50,889 nucleotides of DNA from Octopus bimaculoides (GCF_001194135.2 NC_068989.1:18182965-18233853); one strand, 5' to 3'. Counted from the stretch's first letter, positions 11,551 through 25,059 are shown. Numbers and translations: made by a program. Notes: generated from the letters alone by a model not told the origin.

Positions 11551-12682
11551 CTTTCTTTTTAATCTTTTTCAGGCTTGGGTTGTATGAGGGGTTGTATCCA
11601 TAGACTACTTACAGTCCCTCCGAAACTTGTGAGATTGATATTGCTAATATTCTGCTTCAAACAATTCACAAACAATATCCTTACTATATATTTGATACAA
11701 ATGTTGGCAACCACTGAGACAAATTTCTTCGACATACAACAGTGATCAACATACAAGAACCACTGATAATAATCCGTAGTAGTTGTTTAGTCCCTAATCA
11801 GTTCTGATTGAGTAAACTTACTGTCAAATCATGACCAGCTTATCTTAAAATGATTTTCCCAGGACAAATTACCCAAAGTTCCAGTGGTATCTGTCTATTT
11901 TTCTTTTTAATTGATAATGTATTAATTTAGGGAGATGTAGTTGGTATTATGTTAGCTTCATTGTTTCAAGTCATTATTATAAATATCGGAATAGACTGGC
12001 AGAATCGATAATATGCTTATCTAAATATGTTGCGGTTCTTAGGTCTTTTTACGTTCCGAGTTCAAATCTCGTTGAACTCGACATTTTCTTTCATTATTTC
12101 GGGATTGATAAAATAAAATCCTTCCCACTTCCGACCTTGTATAAGTGTCGGAAATCCTTATTATTTGGTTTGCTTTCATAAGATCTCAGGATGGTACATT
12201 GGAGTGGCTTAAGATAAAGAAGAAACGGAACATAATCCTCCAAATTTGAAAATATGAACGATGGCTGTGTGTGCATACGTCCGTGCATGCGCGCGTGCGT
12301 ATGTGTGTAAACAAAAGAGGAAGTAACCACGTGATATAGTCTTGTAGTTTTTATTCGTTTACTGAAACTTCAACACTGGTAATACGTGTGAAGTCTCCGG
12401 TTCGATCCTTATGCTTAATGTCTTCGGTGTCTTTTATATCCTCGAAGTAAATCTACGTCTTGTAGTGATATTAGGTAGATAGAAACTGTGGAAGTCCGTT
12501 GTTGTTGATGCTCCGAGACAGTTTTCGCAGCGAGGATCTTCCCGCGTTTCAGTGTCCTCAAATGTATTAAGTATAACTGTGCACATTTTTATTTTTACCG
12601 TTGCTACCTTAGTGTGTCTCTAGTTAAAGGATATGTTATTTATCCTCAAATTATTACGTTTTTTCTCCTCTTTTATCTTCTA

Positions 12683-13071
12683 ACTTTTACTTGTTTCAGT
12701 CATTGGGCTGTGGTCATGCTGGGGTGTCACCTTGGAGTGTTTAGTCGAACAAATCGACCCCAGTACACATTTTTTTTTTAAAGTCTGGTACTTATTCTAT
12801 TGGTTTCCTTTAACAGACCGCTGAACTGCGACGAAATAAACAAACCAACGCAGGTTGTCAAGAGGTGGTGAAGGACAAAAACAAAGATATACACGCACAT
12901 TACATATATACACTCGATGTGCTTCCACACACTTTCCGTCTACCAAACTCACTCACAAGGCATTGGTCGGTCGGGGTTATAGCAGAAGACACTTGCTCAA
13001 GTGTGGTGAGACCAAACCTGAAACCATGTGGTTAAGCCTTCTTCCTAACCACACAGCTATCCTTTCGCCTG
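12683..13071 (-). mobile_element. Composite SINE (A head/CORE + microsatellite + B tail)
   Basis: Collinear similarity with 13435-13836, 14068-14364 and 35768-36178. Confidence 0.85.
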
Positions 13072-13149
13072 TGCACACAATTTGGAACAATTCAGATAGT
13101 AGGGACTGACCAATAGATACTAATCAACATTATGCTATATTGTAATACA

Positions 13150-13295
<146 letters not shown>

Positions 13296-13434
13296 AGAGT
13301 AACTTACAACTTATAAAAGGAAGTCTTACGGACATTTACAACGAAACTTTCGAAAATGTTTCGGAAAGGCAACGAGTTAATGAAGGGCGCGACCAGTGTG
13401 GCTATCATAATTATTTAGGTCAATCTTAAGTATC

Positions 13435-13836
13435 TTTATCTTTTTACTTGTTTCAGTTACTAGACTACGGCCATGCTGGGGCACCGAATTGAATATTTAG
13501 TCGAATGAATCGCCTCTAGTACTAATTTTTTAAGCCTGATACTTATTCTGTCGGTCTCTTTTTACCGAACTGCTATATTACGGTGACACAAACATACCAA
13601 CACTGGTTGTCAAGCGGTGATGGTGGGGGCGAGACGGAGACACAATGACAAACACATAGGCATATATATACTTATATACATACGACAAGCTTTTTTCAGT
13701 TTCCGTTTACCAAATCCACTCATAAAGCTTTGGTTGGTCGGAGATTATAGTAGACACTTGCCCAATGTGCCACGCGGTGGAACTGAACCTGGAACCATGT
13801 TGTTAGGAAGCAAGCTTCTTGCCACGCCCACGCCTA
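13435..13836 (-). mobile_element. Composite SINE (A+B)
   Basis: Same modules as 35768-36178. Confidence 0.85.
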
Positions 13837-14067
13837 TATTTATTATTTGCGTATATTATGCTTTTGCTTGTCGCACTTTTTGTGTGTAGGTTTTTAACGG
13901 TGCCACCTTTACACGATGTGCACGTCGCACTGTGCAGCTCTTAGTTGTGCTAGTTTTATCTACCTGTGGTTTAGACTTGTATAATCTTCACTCCATCTTG
14001 CATATTTTGCACATTAAACGAACTCCCGTCATGATTATCTCGTGTTACTTATCTAATATTACAATAC

Positions 14068-14364
14068 TCTTTACTCTTTTACTTGTTTCAGTCATTTGAC
14101 TGTGGCCATGCTGGAGCACCGTCTTTAGTCGAGCAGATCGACCCCAGGACTTATTCTTTGTAAGCCTAGTACTTATTCTATCGCTCTCTTTTGCCGAACC
14201 GCTAAGTCACGGGGACGTAAACACACCAGCATCGGTTGTCAAGCGATGTTGGGGGGACAAACACAGACACACAAACATATACACACATACACATACAGTT
14301 TCCGTCTACCAAATCCACTCACAAGGTTTTGGTCGGCCCGAGGCTATAGTAGAAGACACTTGCC
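14068..14364 (-). mobile_element. Composite SINE (A+B), cut by assembly gap
   Basis: Nearly identical to 35768-36100; CpGs intact. Confidence 0.9.
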
Positions 14365-14885
14365 NNNNNNNNNNNNNNNNNNNNNNNNNNNNNNNNNNNN
14401 NNNNNNNNNNNNNNNNNNNNNNNNNNNNNNNNNNNNNNNNNNNNNNNNNNNNNNNNNNNNNNNNNNNNNNNNNNNNNNNNNNNNNNNNNNNNNNNNNNNN
14501 NNNNNNNNNNNNNNNNNNNNNNNNNNNNNNNNNNNNNNNNNNNNNNNNNNNNNNNNNNNNNNNNNNNNNNNNNNNNNNNNNNNNNNNNNNNNNNNNNNNN
14601 NNNNNNNNNNNNNNNNNNNNNNNNNNNNNNNNNNNNNNNNNNNNNNNNNNNNNNNNNNNNNNNNNNNNNNNNNNNNNNNNNNNNNNNNNNNNNNNNNNNN
14701 NNNNNNNNNNNNNNNNNNNNNNNNNNNNNNNNNNNNNNNNNNNNNNNNNNNNNNNNNNNNNNNNNNNNNNNNNNNNNNNNNNNNNNNNNNNNNNNNNNNN
14801 NNNNNNNNNNNNNNNNNNNNNNNNNNNNNNNNNNNNNNNNNNNNNNNNNNNNNNNNNNNNNNNNNNNCTGTACACACATGATAGG

Positions 14886-14927
<42 letters not shown>

Positions 14928-15660
14928 CACATCAACTCTTCAGACTCTACCTCTTCCTCTCTTTCCTATTTTCTTCTTCGTGCTCTTGTTCTTCGTCTTC
15001 TGTTTTTTTTCGCCTGTTTTGTTGCTCCTCTCTATCAATCCATTTCTTTGTCTTTGCCTGCTCAACCCTCCTTCTGTTTTGTTGCCTCGCCTTTCTCTTA
15101 CGCATCTCTCTCTCTCTCTCTCTCCAACATCTCTCCATATCAATCCTTTCTTTTCTATCCCTCCCTTCGTCATCATCTATATACTCGTCATTTTCTACAA
15201 TCATCTTCATTCTATTTTTCCCCCCCTCTTACATACCTGCACTGTCCCATGTTGTTTACATCTATTTCAACAAACGTTAGTCCTTCTCCTACCTCACCAC
15301 CTCCTGTGCAGGAAGTTAATCTCCATTCTAGAAAGTTCTACTATAAATGTCAATAGTCACTACATATCTCTGCTTTCATCTTCATCTTTTACTTTGTTTT
15401 TTTAATCACTTTGGTTGTTATAGTAATGGTGGTGGCGGCTGCGGCGGCGGCGGTGGTGGTGGTGGTTGAAGGGGTTTTGCTGTTGCTATGTAACCACCAA
15501 ATTTTCCTTGATCACCCAGTCTACTCTACTGAAGACCTTCCGATCTTGACCATCCCATCTTCGTTTTTCAGTGAGAATGTATCTAGGGAACACTTCATTC
15601 ATTTTACTTTTCTTCATTATGGGATAGGGTGTAGTTTGAAGGAGATTTGACTAGTATTTC

Positions 15661-16205
15661 GGAGCTAATCGGTGTGGCTGCTAGCATCAATTCTGTTCGA
15701 ATTGATTTCATGTTCAGTGTATTGATACACTTCTATTGGCTAATGAATGGCATGAAAATCATTTTCGCTATAAATCAATAAAGGATCTTTCCCCTTTGAA
15801 CGGCACATCGAGAAATTACACAATTTTCTCAAAAACGCCGAGAGTAAAGTATGTTTTATGTGACACATTCTACCAGTATACGAATTTTGAAAGTGTTTAG
15901 TTACAAAAAAATTATTATTTAAATGTGCCGGCCAAAGGGTGGAGATCCTCAATAAATTAAGAGTTATTAGCTTTTTAAAGTTTGAAAATCCTGGGTAAGT
16001 TTAGCCAATCGTAAGCCAGAAACATTCATGTCTGTTTTTATAGTAACAAGCGTACATATGAGAACTCTTTTGCCTGTTGCCATAGTAAACAGTTTTGAAA
16101 AGTCTTTTATCTGAGAGGAAGCGCGTGTTGACAAATGTTTGTTTACTCGTTTCTTTTTGTCATTGAGGTGGTTGTGAGGTGTGCTAAAAATAACGGCTAA
16201 ATAAG
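15661..16205. mobile_element. GGATCT-family MITE subtype, host of a nested MITE; right part in gap
   Basis: Homologous to 16593-16962. A family-type end (AAAAGATCC) lies at 16558-16566, after the gap. Confidence 0.6.
15783..15948. mobile_element. 166-bp internally deleted GGATCT MITE
   Basis: Both TIRs present. Perfect 8-bp TSD TCAATAAA at 15775-15782 and 15949-15956. The empty site is seen in the paralogous copy near 16712. Confidence 0.92.
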
Positions 16206-16592
16206 NNNNNNNNNNNNNNNNNNNNNNNNNNNNNNNNNNNNNNNNNNNNNNNNNNNNNNNNNNNNNNNNNNNNNNNNNNNNNNNNNNNNNNNNNNNNNNN
16301 NNNNNNNNNNNNNNNNNNNNNNNNNNNNNNNNNNNNNNNNNNNNNNNNNNNNNNNNNNNNNNNNNNNNNNNNNNNNNNNNNNNNNNNNNNNNNNNNNNNN
16401 NNNNNNNNNNNNNNNNNNNNNNNNNNNNNNNNNNNNNNNNNNNNNNNNNNNNNNNNNNNNNNNNNNNNNNNNNNNNNNNNNNNNNNNNNNNNNNNNNNNN
16501 NNNNNNNNNNNNNNNNNNNNNNNNNNNNNNNNNNNNNNNNNNNNNNNNNNNNNNNTGAAAAGATCCGAAATCAGAAGTATAAAAGGAACCTC

Positions 16593-17491
16593 GGGTCTTT
16601 TCTGTTTAGTTGCCAGCGTCAATTTTTTGTTCGAATTGATTTCATATTCAGTGTAATGATACATTTTTATAGGCTAATTAATGACGTAAAGTAATTTTCG
16701 TTATAAATCAATAAATAAAGAGTTATTAATAATTAAAATTTGAAAATTTTGGTAATTTTAGCCAATCGTAAGCCAGAAACATTCATGTCTGTTTTTATAG
16801 TAACAAGCGTACATATGAGAACTCTTTTGCCTGTTGCCATAGTAAACAGTTTTGAAAAGTCTTTTATCTGAGAGGAAGCGCGTGTTGACAAATGTTTGTT
16901 TACTCGTTTCTTTTTGTCATTGAGGTGGTTGTGAGGTGTGCTAAAAATAACGGCTAAATAAGATTTTGGGGATAAATCTTTTGAATTAAAGTTTATTTGC
17001 CAACATCTCGCTCCTGTTTTTATCCTTTAAATTAACATAGACATTTATTTACATGAAAGAAAATTACTGAAGAACTTTCTTATTCTTTCTGTTAAAAATT
17101 GTAATGTTTATCGCATGTAACGTTATTTATTGCATTTGCATGAAACACTGGTGGTTGTGAGGTATGCTAAAAATAACAGCTAAATAAGATTTATTTACAT
17201 GAAAGAAAATTACTGGAGACAACATGTGTTGTTCACAAATATTGACAACACGTGCTATTTTCAAGATGTTGACAAAACGTGCAGTCATGCACAAAATGAC
17301 AGCTTCCAAATTTTGTTTCCTGACTGGATGAAAATGATCAAAATTTAAACCTCTATAAATATTTTTAAATATTTTTCTGGAAAAATTGAAATAACTGCAG
17401 CAATTCAGTTTGTGTATTATTGTGCCAAATTTAAAGATTTTCAGTAAACTTTAATTTTTGGAGCCACTAGCAACCAAACAGAAAAAAATCC
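16593..17491. mobile_element. GGATCT-family MITE subtype with a distinct interior
   Basis: Ends GGGTCTTTTCTGTTTAGTTGC and GCAACCAAACAGAAAAAAATCC are imperfect inverted repeats. Perfect TSD GGAACCTC at 16585-16592 and 17492-17499. Confidence 0.8.
16758..16847 (+). promoter_or_regulatory. CCAAT box plus two RFX X-box-like motifs
   Basis: AGCCAATC at ~16760, GTTTTTATAGTAAC at 16791-16804 and GTTGCCATAGTAAAC at 16833-16847. Motif match only; lies inside a MITE. Confidence 0.25.
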
Positions 17492-18904
17492 GGAACCTCT
17501 GCTGAAACATTAAAAAAAACATTGGATAAACTCCTACTGGTGATACCAGGCCAGCCAAGTATTCAAAGATACACTCAGGGAAGATTAGCTGCTATAAATT
17601 CAATCATAGACCAACTTCCTTCTATAAAGTGACAAGAAGTAAAAGTGAAATTCAACATTATGGAAGCCTGGAGAGGTGACCTGAGGGAGCACCTTCCATG
17701 CAATGGAGACATGGTTGAACTACCCACTTATTGTGTAGTCTTTCATTCAACCAGAATGCTGTAGAATTTTGCAGACAGGTTGAAGCCAGGCCACAGCAGA
17801 ACAGTGGCTAACCTGAATTAATGAGGATATTGTAAATCCTCTATATGCCTAGCATATCATGTATCTTCACAACACACAGTCTACTTCATGTTGTAGTGTT
17901 CAACCACATTGATCTTGTGGGTGTGGGGTAGCAAAATGGACTGATCTATGATGCAATCAAGATTTATTGATTGGATTCTGGACATAAATTTGAAGATATA
18001 TGAGAACTGTATGAAACAATAGCAAGGAGGTTCCAAAAGTAAACTGAATCAGGAGCTCATGTATACTGTAAATACTCAAATAATAAATAAATACTTATCT
18101 TATGGATCTTGGAAGGATGACACTAGAAATTTATACCAGATGGATTTGAACTCAGAAGGAAAACTTCTCACCAGCCTATTCTCACCGGAAATAACTCCTC
18201 TACTCTTTCTCTCCCTCTTTCAGCTAACATACCATCTTAAGAAAACATAAATAATGTAAACCATAATGCTCTATTTTCTTGGAGCTAGTTAGTTCAACAA
18301 CACAATATTTTTTATGATTCTTTAAAGTCTGGAATTTCATAGATACAAGAGTTTTAGTTGTCTTTAGATTCCATTCTTTGCCCAGACAGTTCCTTTTATT
18401 TGATTAGCTTTTTGTCTGTCTGCAGATAAAATACCCACCAAACACTATAGTCTTTTCTTACTTTTGTGTGTGTATAATAAACAAAAGAAAGCCAGCTGTG
18501 CAGGATGAGGGGAGGGACCCCCACTTTCTTTCATATTATTTTTTTTAAAGAACTTTTTGTTTGTTATTTTAAAGACAGTATACAATTTTGGTTTTAATTT
18601 CTCTTTTTTACTTTTTATTTTATTTTTGTTTCTATGTTTACCAAAACAGAAGCTTAAATTTCTGACTAGTATTTTCTTCTGTTTATTATTTTCTTTTTGT
18701 TTTTTTGACAATTATTTTTAGTTTTCCCTAAATAAACTTAACATTAATCCGCTCTCATTTCAAAAGGGAGAAAATATGCATGTGTATGTATGTATGTATG
18801 TATGTATGTATGTATGTGTGAGCTTACGTGCATTTCTATGCAAGTATGTGTAAGTCTCATAGTATGTGCTTGTGTATCTGAGTGTGTATATCTGTGGGCT
18901 GGAG

Positions 18905-19185
18905 AGGTATGGACAGAGAAGCAGGCCAAGTGGTTAAAAAGTTTCTTTTGCAATCATGAGGTTCTAGGTTTGATCCCCCTGCTTGGAATTTTGGCCAAGT
19001 GTATTCTGTAATAACGTTAGGTCAACTCAAACCTCGGAGTGGTTGGCATTAGGAAGGGCATCCAGCTGTAGAAACTCTGCCAAATCAGATTGGAGCCTGG
19101 TGTAGCCATCTGGTTCACCAGTCCTCAGTCAAATTGTCCAACCCATGCTAGCATGGAAAGCGGATGTTAAACGATGATGATGATA
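18905..19185 (+). mobile_element. Degenerate A head joined to module D (V-domain-like) with (GAT)n tail
   Basis: ggttggcattaggaagggcatccagctgtagaaa...gttaaacgatgatgat matches 32400-32550. Confidence 0.7.
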
Positions 19186-20050
19186 CATGTTGATGTATTT
19201 GTTTGTTTACATTTGTGCTCAGTTTTGTTATCACTTCTCCTCTTAACAAATTGTGTACTTACTTCTTACCTTCAAACATATCTGAGATATGTTTGAGATG
19301 CCTTACTTCAAAGTCAAGCTAGAGTTAGTGACAGCTGTAAAATAATGCCTCAATAATATATTCATCTAACCCATGCTAGTATTGGAAAATAGAAATAGAA
19401 ATAAATAAATAAATTACATTTCTCATTAACTAATGGCTTTCCTTCTAATTAAGGATGCAATTTTTGTTGATTAAAAATTCTTTTTGGCTAATTACACATT
19501 CAGTCTGTTGACCAACACAACTATATTTATCGTAATGTCTAATTACAACCTGTTTTTCTCATCTTAGTTGTTAATTATGATGGATATTGATACATATATT
19601 GGTGCATGTTTGATCACATCAGTAAAAAGTTTGCTTCACAATCTCATGGTTCCTGATTCAATAACACTGTAAAGAACCTTGAACAAGTTTCTTTTATCAT
19701 ATCCCTGGGTTGATCCTTCAAGATTGAAAGTGGTCATGAGGAAATTGTAGAGAAGCCTATAAGATGGACTGTATCTATCTTCTCTTCTGGTAACAAACTT
19801 AATAAGCTACTTAGTTTAACACCAATGCTGGACCAGTAGGTAACCTTGGCAAAGGGCACTTTGTTGCAGACAGGTTACTGATTTGATAACACACATGTTT
19901 ACTCCTCCTTTTCCTCTTACCTGTTTCAAAGATCTTTCACAAAAGTCATGAGAACTGCCTCTTTCTCCCCCTCTCACATACTCATAAAAAACAACAAGGT
20001 TTGATAGCATACCATTATGAGCATTTGTATTATTATTGTTGTTGTTGCTG

Positions 20051-20260
20051 TTAAGGTGACAAACAACGGAATTGTTAGAGCATCAGAAAAACTGCTTAGT
20101 GGCATTTTGTCCATCTTTACATTCTGAGTTCAAATTTCACCAAGGCTGGCTTTGCTTTTCATACTTTCAAGTTTGATAAAATAAGTTGGAGTTGAGCACT
20201 AGATTGATATAATCAACTAGCCAAAATTTCAGGCCTTGCGCCTATAGTAGAAAGGATTAT
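20051..20260 (+). mobile_element. SINE family C, CpG-decayed
   Basis: Homologous to the 8330-9490 copies, with TpG/CpA substitutions. Confidence 0.8.
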
Positions 20261-20356
20261 TATTATTTTTATTACTTTTATATTTCATTTGTTTCTCCAT
20301 TATCAAATGCAAACACTTCAACCACTTAAATCAGGATTGCAGGAAATGTTGTCCTC

Positions 20357-20489
20357 ACACACACACACACACACACACACACTCTCTTTCTCTCTCTCAC
20401 ACTCTCTCCTCTCTCACACACTCTCATACACTCTCCTCTCTCACACACTCTCATACACTCTCCTCTCTCTCTCTCATACACACACTCTC

Positions 20490-20527
<38 letters not shown>

Positions 20528-20530
20528 GTC

Positions 20531-20561
<31 letters not shown>

Positions 20562-20562
20562 A

Positions 20563-20600
<38 letters not shown>
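20357..20600. repeat. Compound (CA)n/(CT)n microsatellite
   Basis: Directly visible. Confidence 0.95.
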
Positions 20601-20603
<3 letters not shown>

Positions 20604-21619
20604 CATTTTTATTTCATCACCCCCCCCCCATTGTTTACGAAGTAGATCCGGGAAAATCAGTGCCAATCTATCGAACCCCATCTCTTCCAGTCAACACTCA
20701 CAACAACCACCTCTCTACTCTCTACTGCTATCTCTACTACCACTGACTTTGCGGAGTTTCCTTATAAGCTCTCTTCATTAATTGAAGCACTTATAATTGA
20801 TAAGCATTTTGTTTAATAACTATAATTTTTCGCCAGGAAATAATTGATTGCAGAAGAAAGCCAAGTTTTTTGTTTATTCAGGTATACATACAGTTTTTGT
20901 TTTGTTTTGTTTTATACTTTCTTTTGTTACATAATTTAAACATGTTGGTTCTTATTTGTCTCATGATACCATGGATTCTGCACCTGATAAGTTTTCCTTT
21001 AGTATGTGTTAACAGAGCAGCATTAGTTGTGGCTGTAGTGGTCCACACATCATTGACAGTCCTTGCTATTGTGACTTCACTTGAAGGTACTGTCTGTTGA
21101 TGTTGTCCTGGTGTTGTTTTTCCATAAAACTACTGTTCTTCATGGTAACAAGACTCAGCTTTTCTTTCTGAGCAATTACCTCGTTTTAAACACTTACTTA
21201 GAATGGTCATTTGCAATGTCCTCATTTCTCAGTGTCCATATCCAGTGGCTTCGAAATGAAGGTAGTGTTACCCTTTTAATCACTTGCTAGAAGCCAGCTC
21301 CCCATTTTGCAAGATTTTCAAAATTTTCCCATCTGATACCTAGTGAATTACAATGTTACTGATAGAGCAAGATAAAGAGGCTGGGTATCAGGAAGTAAGT
21401 CAAGATGTTATTGTTGATTACTTCATCAGTTTCATAGATGCGCATGATGCATCTTGCTGTATAGTTTAAACAACAACAATAATAGTCCTTTCTGCTGTAG
21501 GCACAATTTCCACCTTCAGCTCCTCTTCCCTACCACTATGGGGTCCTCTACGCAGTTACATGACTTGCTACGTTCAATATGTAGAGCTTACTGTCTTAAA
21601 AAAAAAAAAAAAGGAATGA

Positions 21620-22270
21620 GGCACAAAGCCTGAAATTTTCATGGAAGGGGCTAGTCAATTACATTGACCCTGAAAGGTTAAAAAGGAGAAGTCAACCTTG
21701 GTGGAATTTGAACTCAGAATGTACAGATGGACGAAATGCTGCTAAGCATTTTGTCTAGCATGCTGATTCTACCAGCTCATCACCTTGACAATGATGAAAA
21801 TAATAATCCTTTCTTATTTTGGCACATGGCCAGCAAATTTGGTGGGTGGGGAAGTCAATTACATCAACCCCAGCGCACCAACTGGTACTTATTTTATCAA
21901 CCCTGAAAGAATGAAAGGCAAAGTCAACCTTGACGGAATTTGAACTCAGAATGTAAAGTCAGAAGAAATGCTGATAAGCATTTTGTCCAACACAGTAATA
22001 ATTCTGCCAACTTGCTACCTTAACAGCAACAATAATAATAATAATAATAATAATGATCTTTTCTGATATAGATACAAGGCCTGAAATTTGGGGGAGGGGA
22101 CTAGTTGATTACATCGACCCAGTGTTTCACTGGTACTTAATTTATCGACCCCAAAAGGATGAAAGGCAAAGTCAGCCTCAGCAGCATTTGAACTCGGAAT
22201 GTAGCAACAGATGAAATACCCCTAAGCATGTCATCCAGCATACTAACAATTCTGCCAGCTCACCACCTTC
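21620..22270 (-). mobile_element. Three tandem SINE C copies in (TAA)n
   Basis: Copies at ~21620-21787, 21803-22022 and 22054-22270, each with ggaatttgaactcagaat or similar. Confidence 0.85.
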
Positions 22271-22275
22271 ATAAT

Positions 22276-22321
<46 letters not shown>

Positions 22322-23483
22322 GTAATAGTTGTAGTAATTTATCACTTAATTAAAAATTCTATACATAAGTTTTTGTGACTAGTACTTTTTCAATAAATCC
22401 CTTGAGGAGGAATGATAAAGTTGACCTTTGTGGGATTTCAACCAGAATGTGAAGGATATAGACACTGTCAGGCATCTCATCCTACACTGTACAGATTCTG
22501 GCAACCAGCACCCATTACATTAACATAAGGTTACCAAGTTATTAGGGGAAAATTGTATAGCTGTCTAAATTTACTCTAATACAATATTTGTAGTGATTTT
22601 TTTTTTTTTTTATCAGCCCTGGATGGATAACAGGCATTGTCAACATCTGCAGGATTTGAACACAGTATAAAAATGACATAAACAGTGCTGGAGTATCTAT
22701 TCCATTGCTCTACTGTTCATGCTACCACTTGACAAACCTACGAAATACTTAGCTATAATATCCCTCAGTTCAAATCCCCTTAAAATTTATATTGATTTTC
22801 ATCCTTCCCAGGTCAATTAAATGCATACCAATTGAGTCCTGAAGGTTAATTAAATTGTTTACATTGTTCTTATTGATTAAGTAACCTTTTGTCTAAGTAA
22901 TTATTGTTAGATCTACAAATCAATGTTATTATAAACATCTGCTTTTATAATCTGTGTTCAAATTCTTCCATGATCAATTTTCCCATTCTTTTGATTAGTG
23001 GTTAGCAAAATAATAAGTACCATTCAATTAAATCAACCCACCCTGCTCTTTAAAAATTTTGGCGAAGTGCCAATGTTAAAAAAACCATTATTATAACATC
23101 TAATAGAATTTGTGTAGCTTTTGTTAAGATGTATATCCAGTAACATCTACAGGCATAGGCACACTGGGTAGTTAGCCAGTGGTTCAGATCTGATCTATGC
23201 AGGCTATGGCACACTGTCAATAAATAAATATTGGGCCCTGTGAATTGATTTACCTGGGAGTCTATAATGCTAAGATGGCCCAGTGTTCAACTTTTAACAT
23301 TTCTTAAATGCTATTTTGTTTATGCATTCAATAATTCATATTAAAATTTTGGGCTTCCCCATTCTTTATTTTGTGAAAAATATCTGCAAGAATTTCTTTC
23401 TAAATTACGTATGGAAAATATCTTGGTATATTTCTATTGTCTAACTGTTACAATGTAGCTGATACACACAAATATTTATTCTA

Positions 23484-23527
<44 letters not shown>

Positions 23528-23574
23528 CTTTGGTCATTTATTATATATTAAGTCATGAATAAATAGCGGTATTT

Positions 23575-24450
23575 GTCAGGTGGAAGCTGATCACATTCCT
23601 AGAAGATAATAACTGGTACTCCATGACATCCAGCTTGGCTTCCACTCAGGAAGAAGCTGCCTTACACAACTTCTGCAGCATTATGACTGGGTGTTAATGT
23701 TCAAACATGGATGTGATGTATCTTAATTTTGCAAAAGCCTTTGATAAGGTTGATCATGGAGAATGATATAACACAAACTACAGGGACTCAGCATATTCAG
23801 AAAACTGGGAAAGTGGTTACATGACTTCCTAAAAGACAGAAGCCAGGTTGTGGCAGCCAATAAGACCTTATCTAAGGAGACAGTAATAGTGAGGTGTGTG
23901 ACTTAAAGAACTGTCTTGGAGCTGCTTTTGCTTATGGTGGCTCTCTTGGACATGACATTAGTTACACTGACAGCCACACTTACTTATTAAACCAACTATA
24001 CAAAAGCAGTACTAGCAGTTAACGAACATTTTGATGCTAATTTTCTGCAGAAAGACTTAGATGCCATATATAAATGTGCTGAAGAAAATATGCAGGAAAA
24101 TTCCAAGCCCTCAACTATCAGCCAGCTTTGGACCAAAAGGAACAGCAATCCCAGAGTCAAACGCAGTGCATGATCTGCGGTTTGATTTGAACACTGATGT
24201 CTCATTTCATGTACATATCACCAGGATGATGGCAATGTGTAGGTGAATGGATGGATGGATTCTGAGAACTCTCAGAACAAGGGACCAGAAAACTGTGTTG
24301 ATTCTATGGAGAACATTTGTCCTCAGCTGTCTAGACTACTGCACTCAACTGAAGACATTTCCACAGTGTCAAATTAATAGCACGACTTGAGACAGTTCGT
24401 CAGTTCTACACTATGAAGATTTCATCAATGGAATGACTGGGTTACTAGGA
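23575..24450 (+). mobile_element. Decayed CR1-like LINE reverse transcriptase fragment
   Basis: Manual translation gives QLGFHSGRSCLTQLLQHYDW, MDVMYLNFAKAFDKVDHG, LQKDLDAIYK and RTFVLSCLDYCTQL, with stops and frameshifts. Confidence 0.85.
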
Positions 24451-24963
24451 GAGACTGACAGAATTATGACTCTACTTCTTCGAATGAAGGCAGGAAAGAA
24501 CACACATATGCAAGAATGCACACTCACATACAAATGCATATGCACATGCATAAACGCATACACACTCTCCTTTTCTCTATCCCTCCCTTTCTCATGTACA
24601 TGACCATGTAACTACATATATATTAACCAGCCAACAGACACATATGATGACAAACTTGGAGTAGAGAGGGCATGCCATTGATGAGGCTGTGAATAGTGGC
24701 AAAAGTACTTTAACAAACTGATTGATTGATTAACCAAGTGATTAAACAAGCAATTGATTAGTTAGTTGGTTAAATAACTAACCAATTGACTAGTAATAAA
24801 GAAGTGAAAATGAACCAATGTGTGTGCTTATTATTGGCATAATGACCCTCCCAAAATACAATAAAATCAGCTAAGATGTTTTTTCTAAAATAAAACCTAC
24901 AAAATAATATTTATTGAACCATTACTATTTTTGCTGACTTCAATGTTTACTGGCTTATTACAG

Positions 24964-25059
24964 AAGTTGAAAGTAACCTGCTAACTATGTGGCTGAAACT
25001 GGTGGCTGTTGGTGTGGTGGCCTACGTTATTTACCAGATGAATGACATGTTTGATCTCA
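24964..25059 (+). CDS. Candidate 96-nt phase 1-1 coding exon encoding a single transmembrane segment (xVESNLLTMWLKLVAVGVVAYVIYQMNDMFDL)
   Basis: Branch-like GCTGAC, a TTACAG acceptor and a GTAAGT donor at 25060. Only one open frame; hydrophobic stretch; non-repetitive and GC-richer than the flanks. Gene identity unknown. Confidence 0.5.

Noticed and set aside
20880-21465. Coding-like minus-strand stretch
   Set aside because: Stops and a frame break on careful translation; no motif I can assign.
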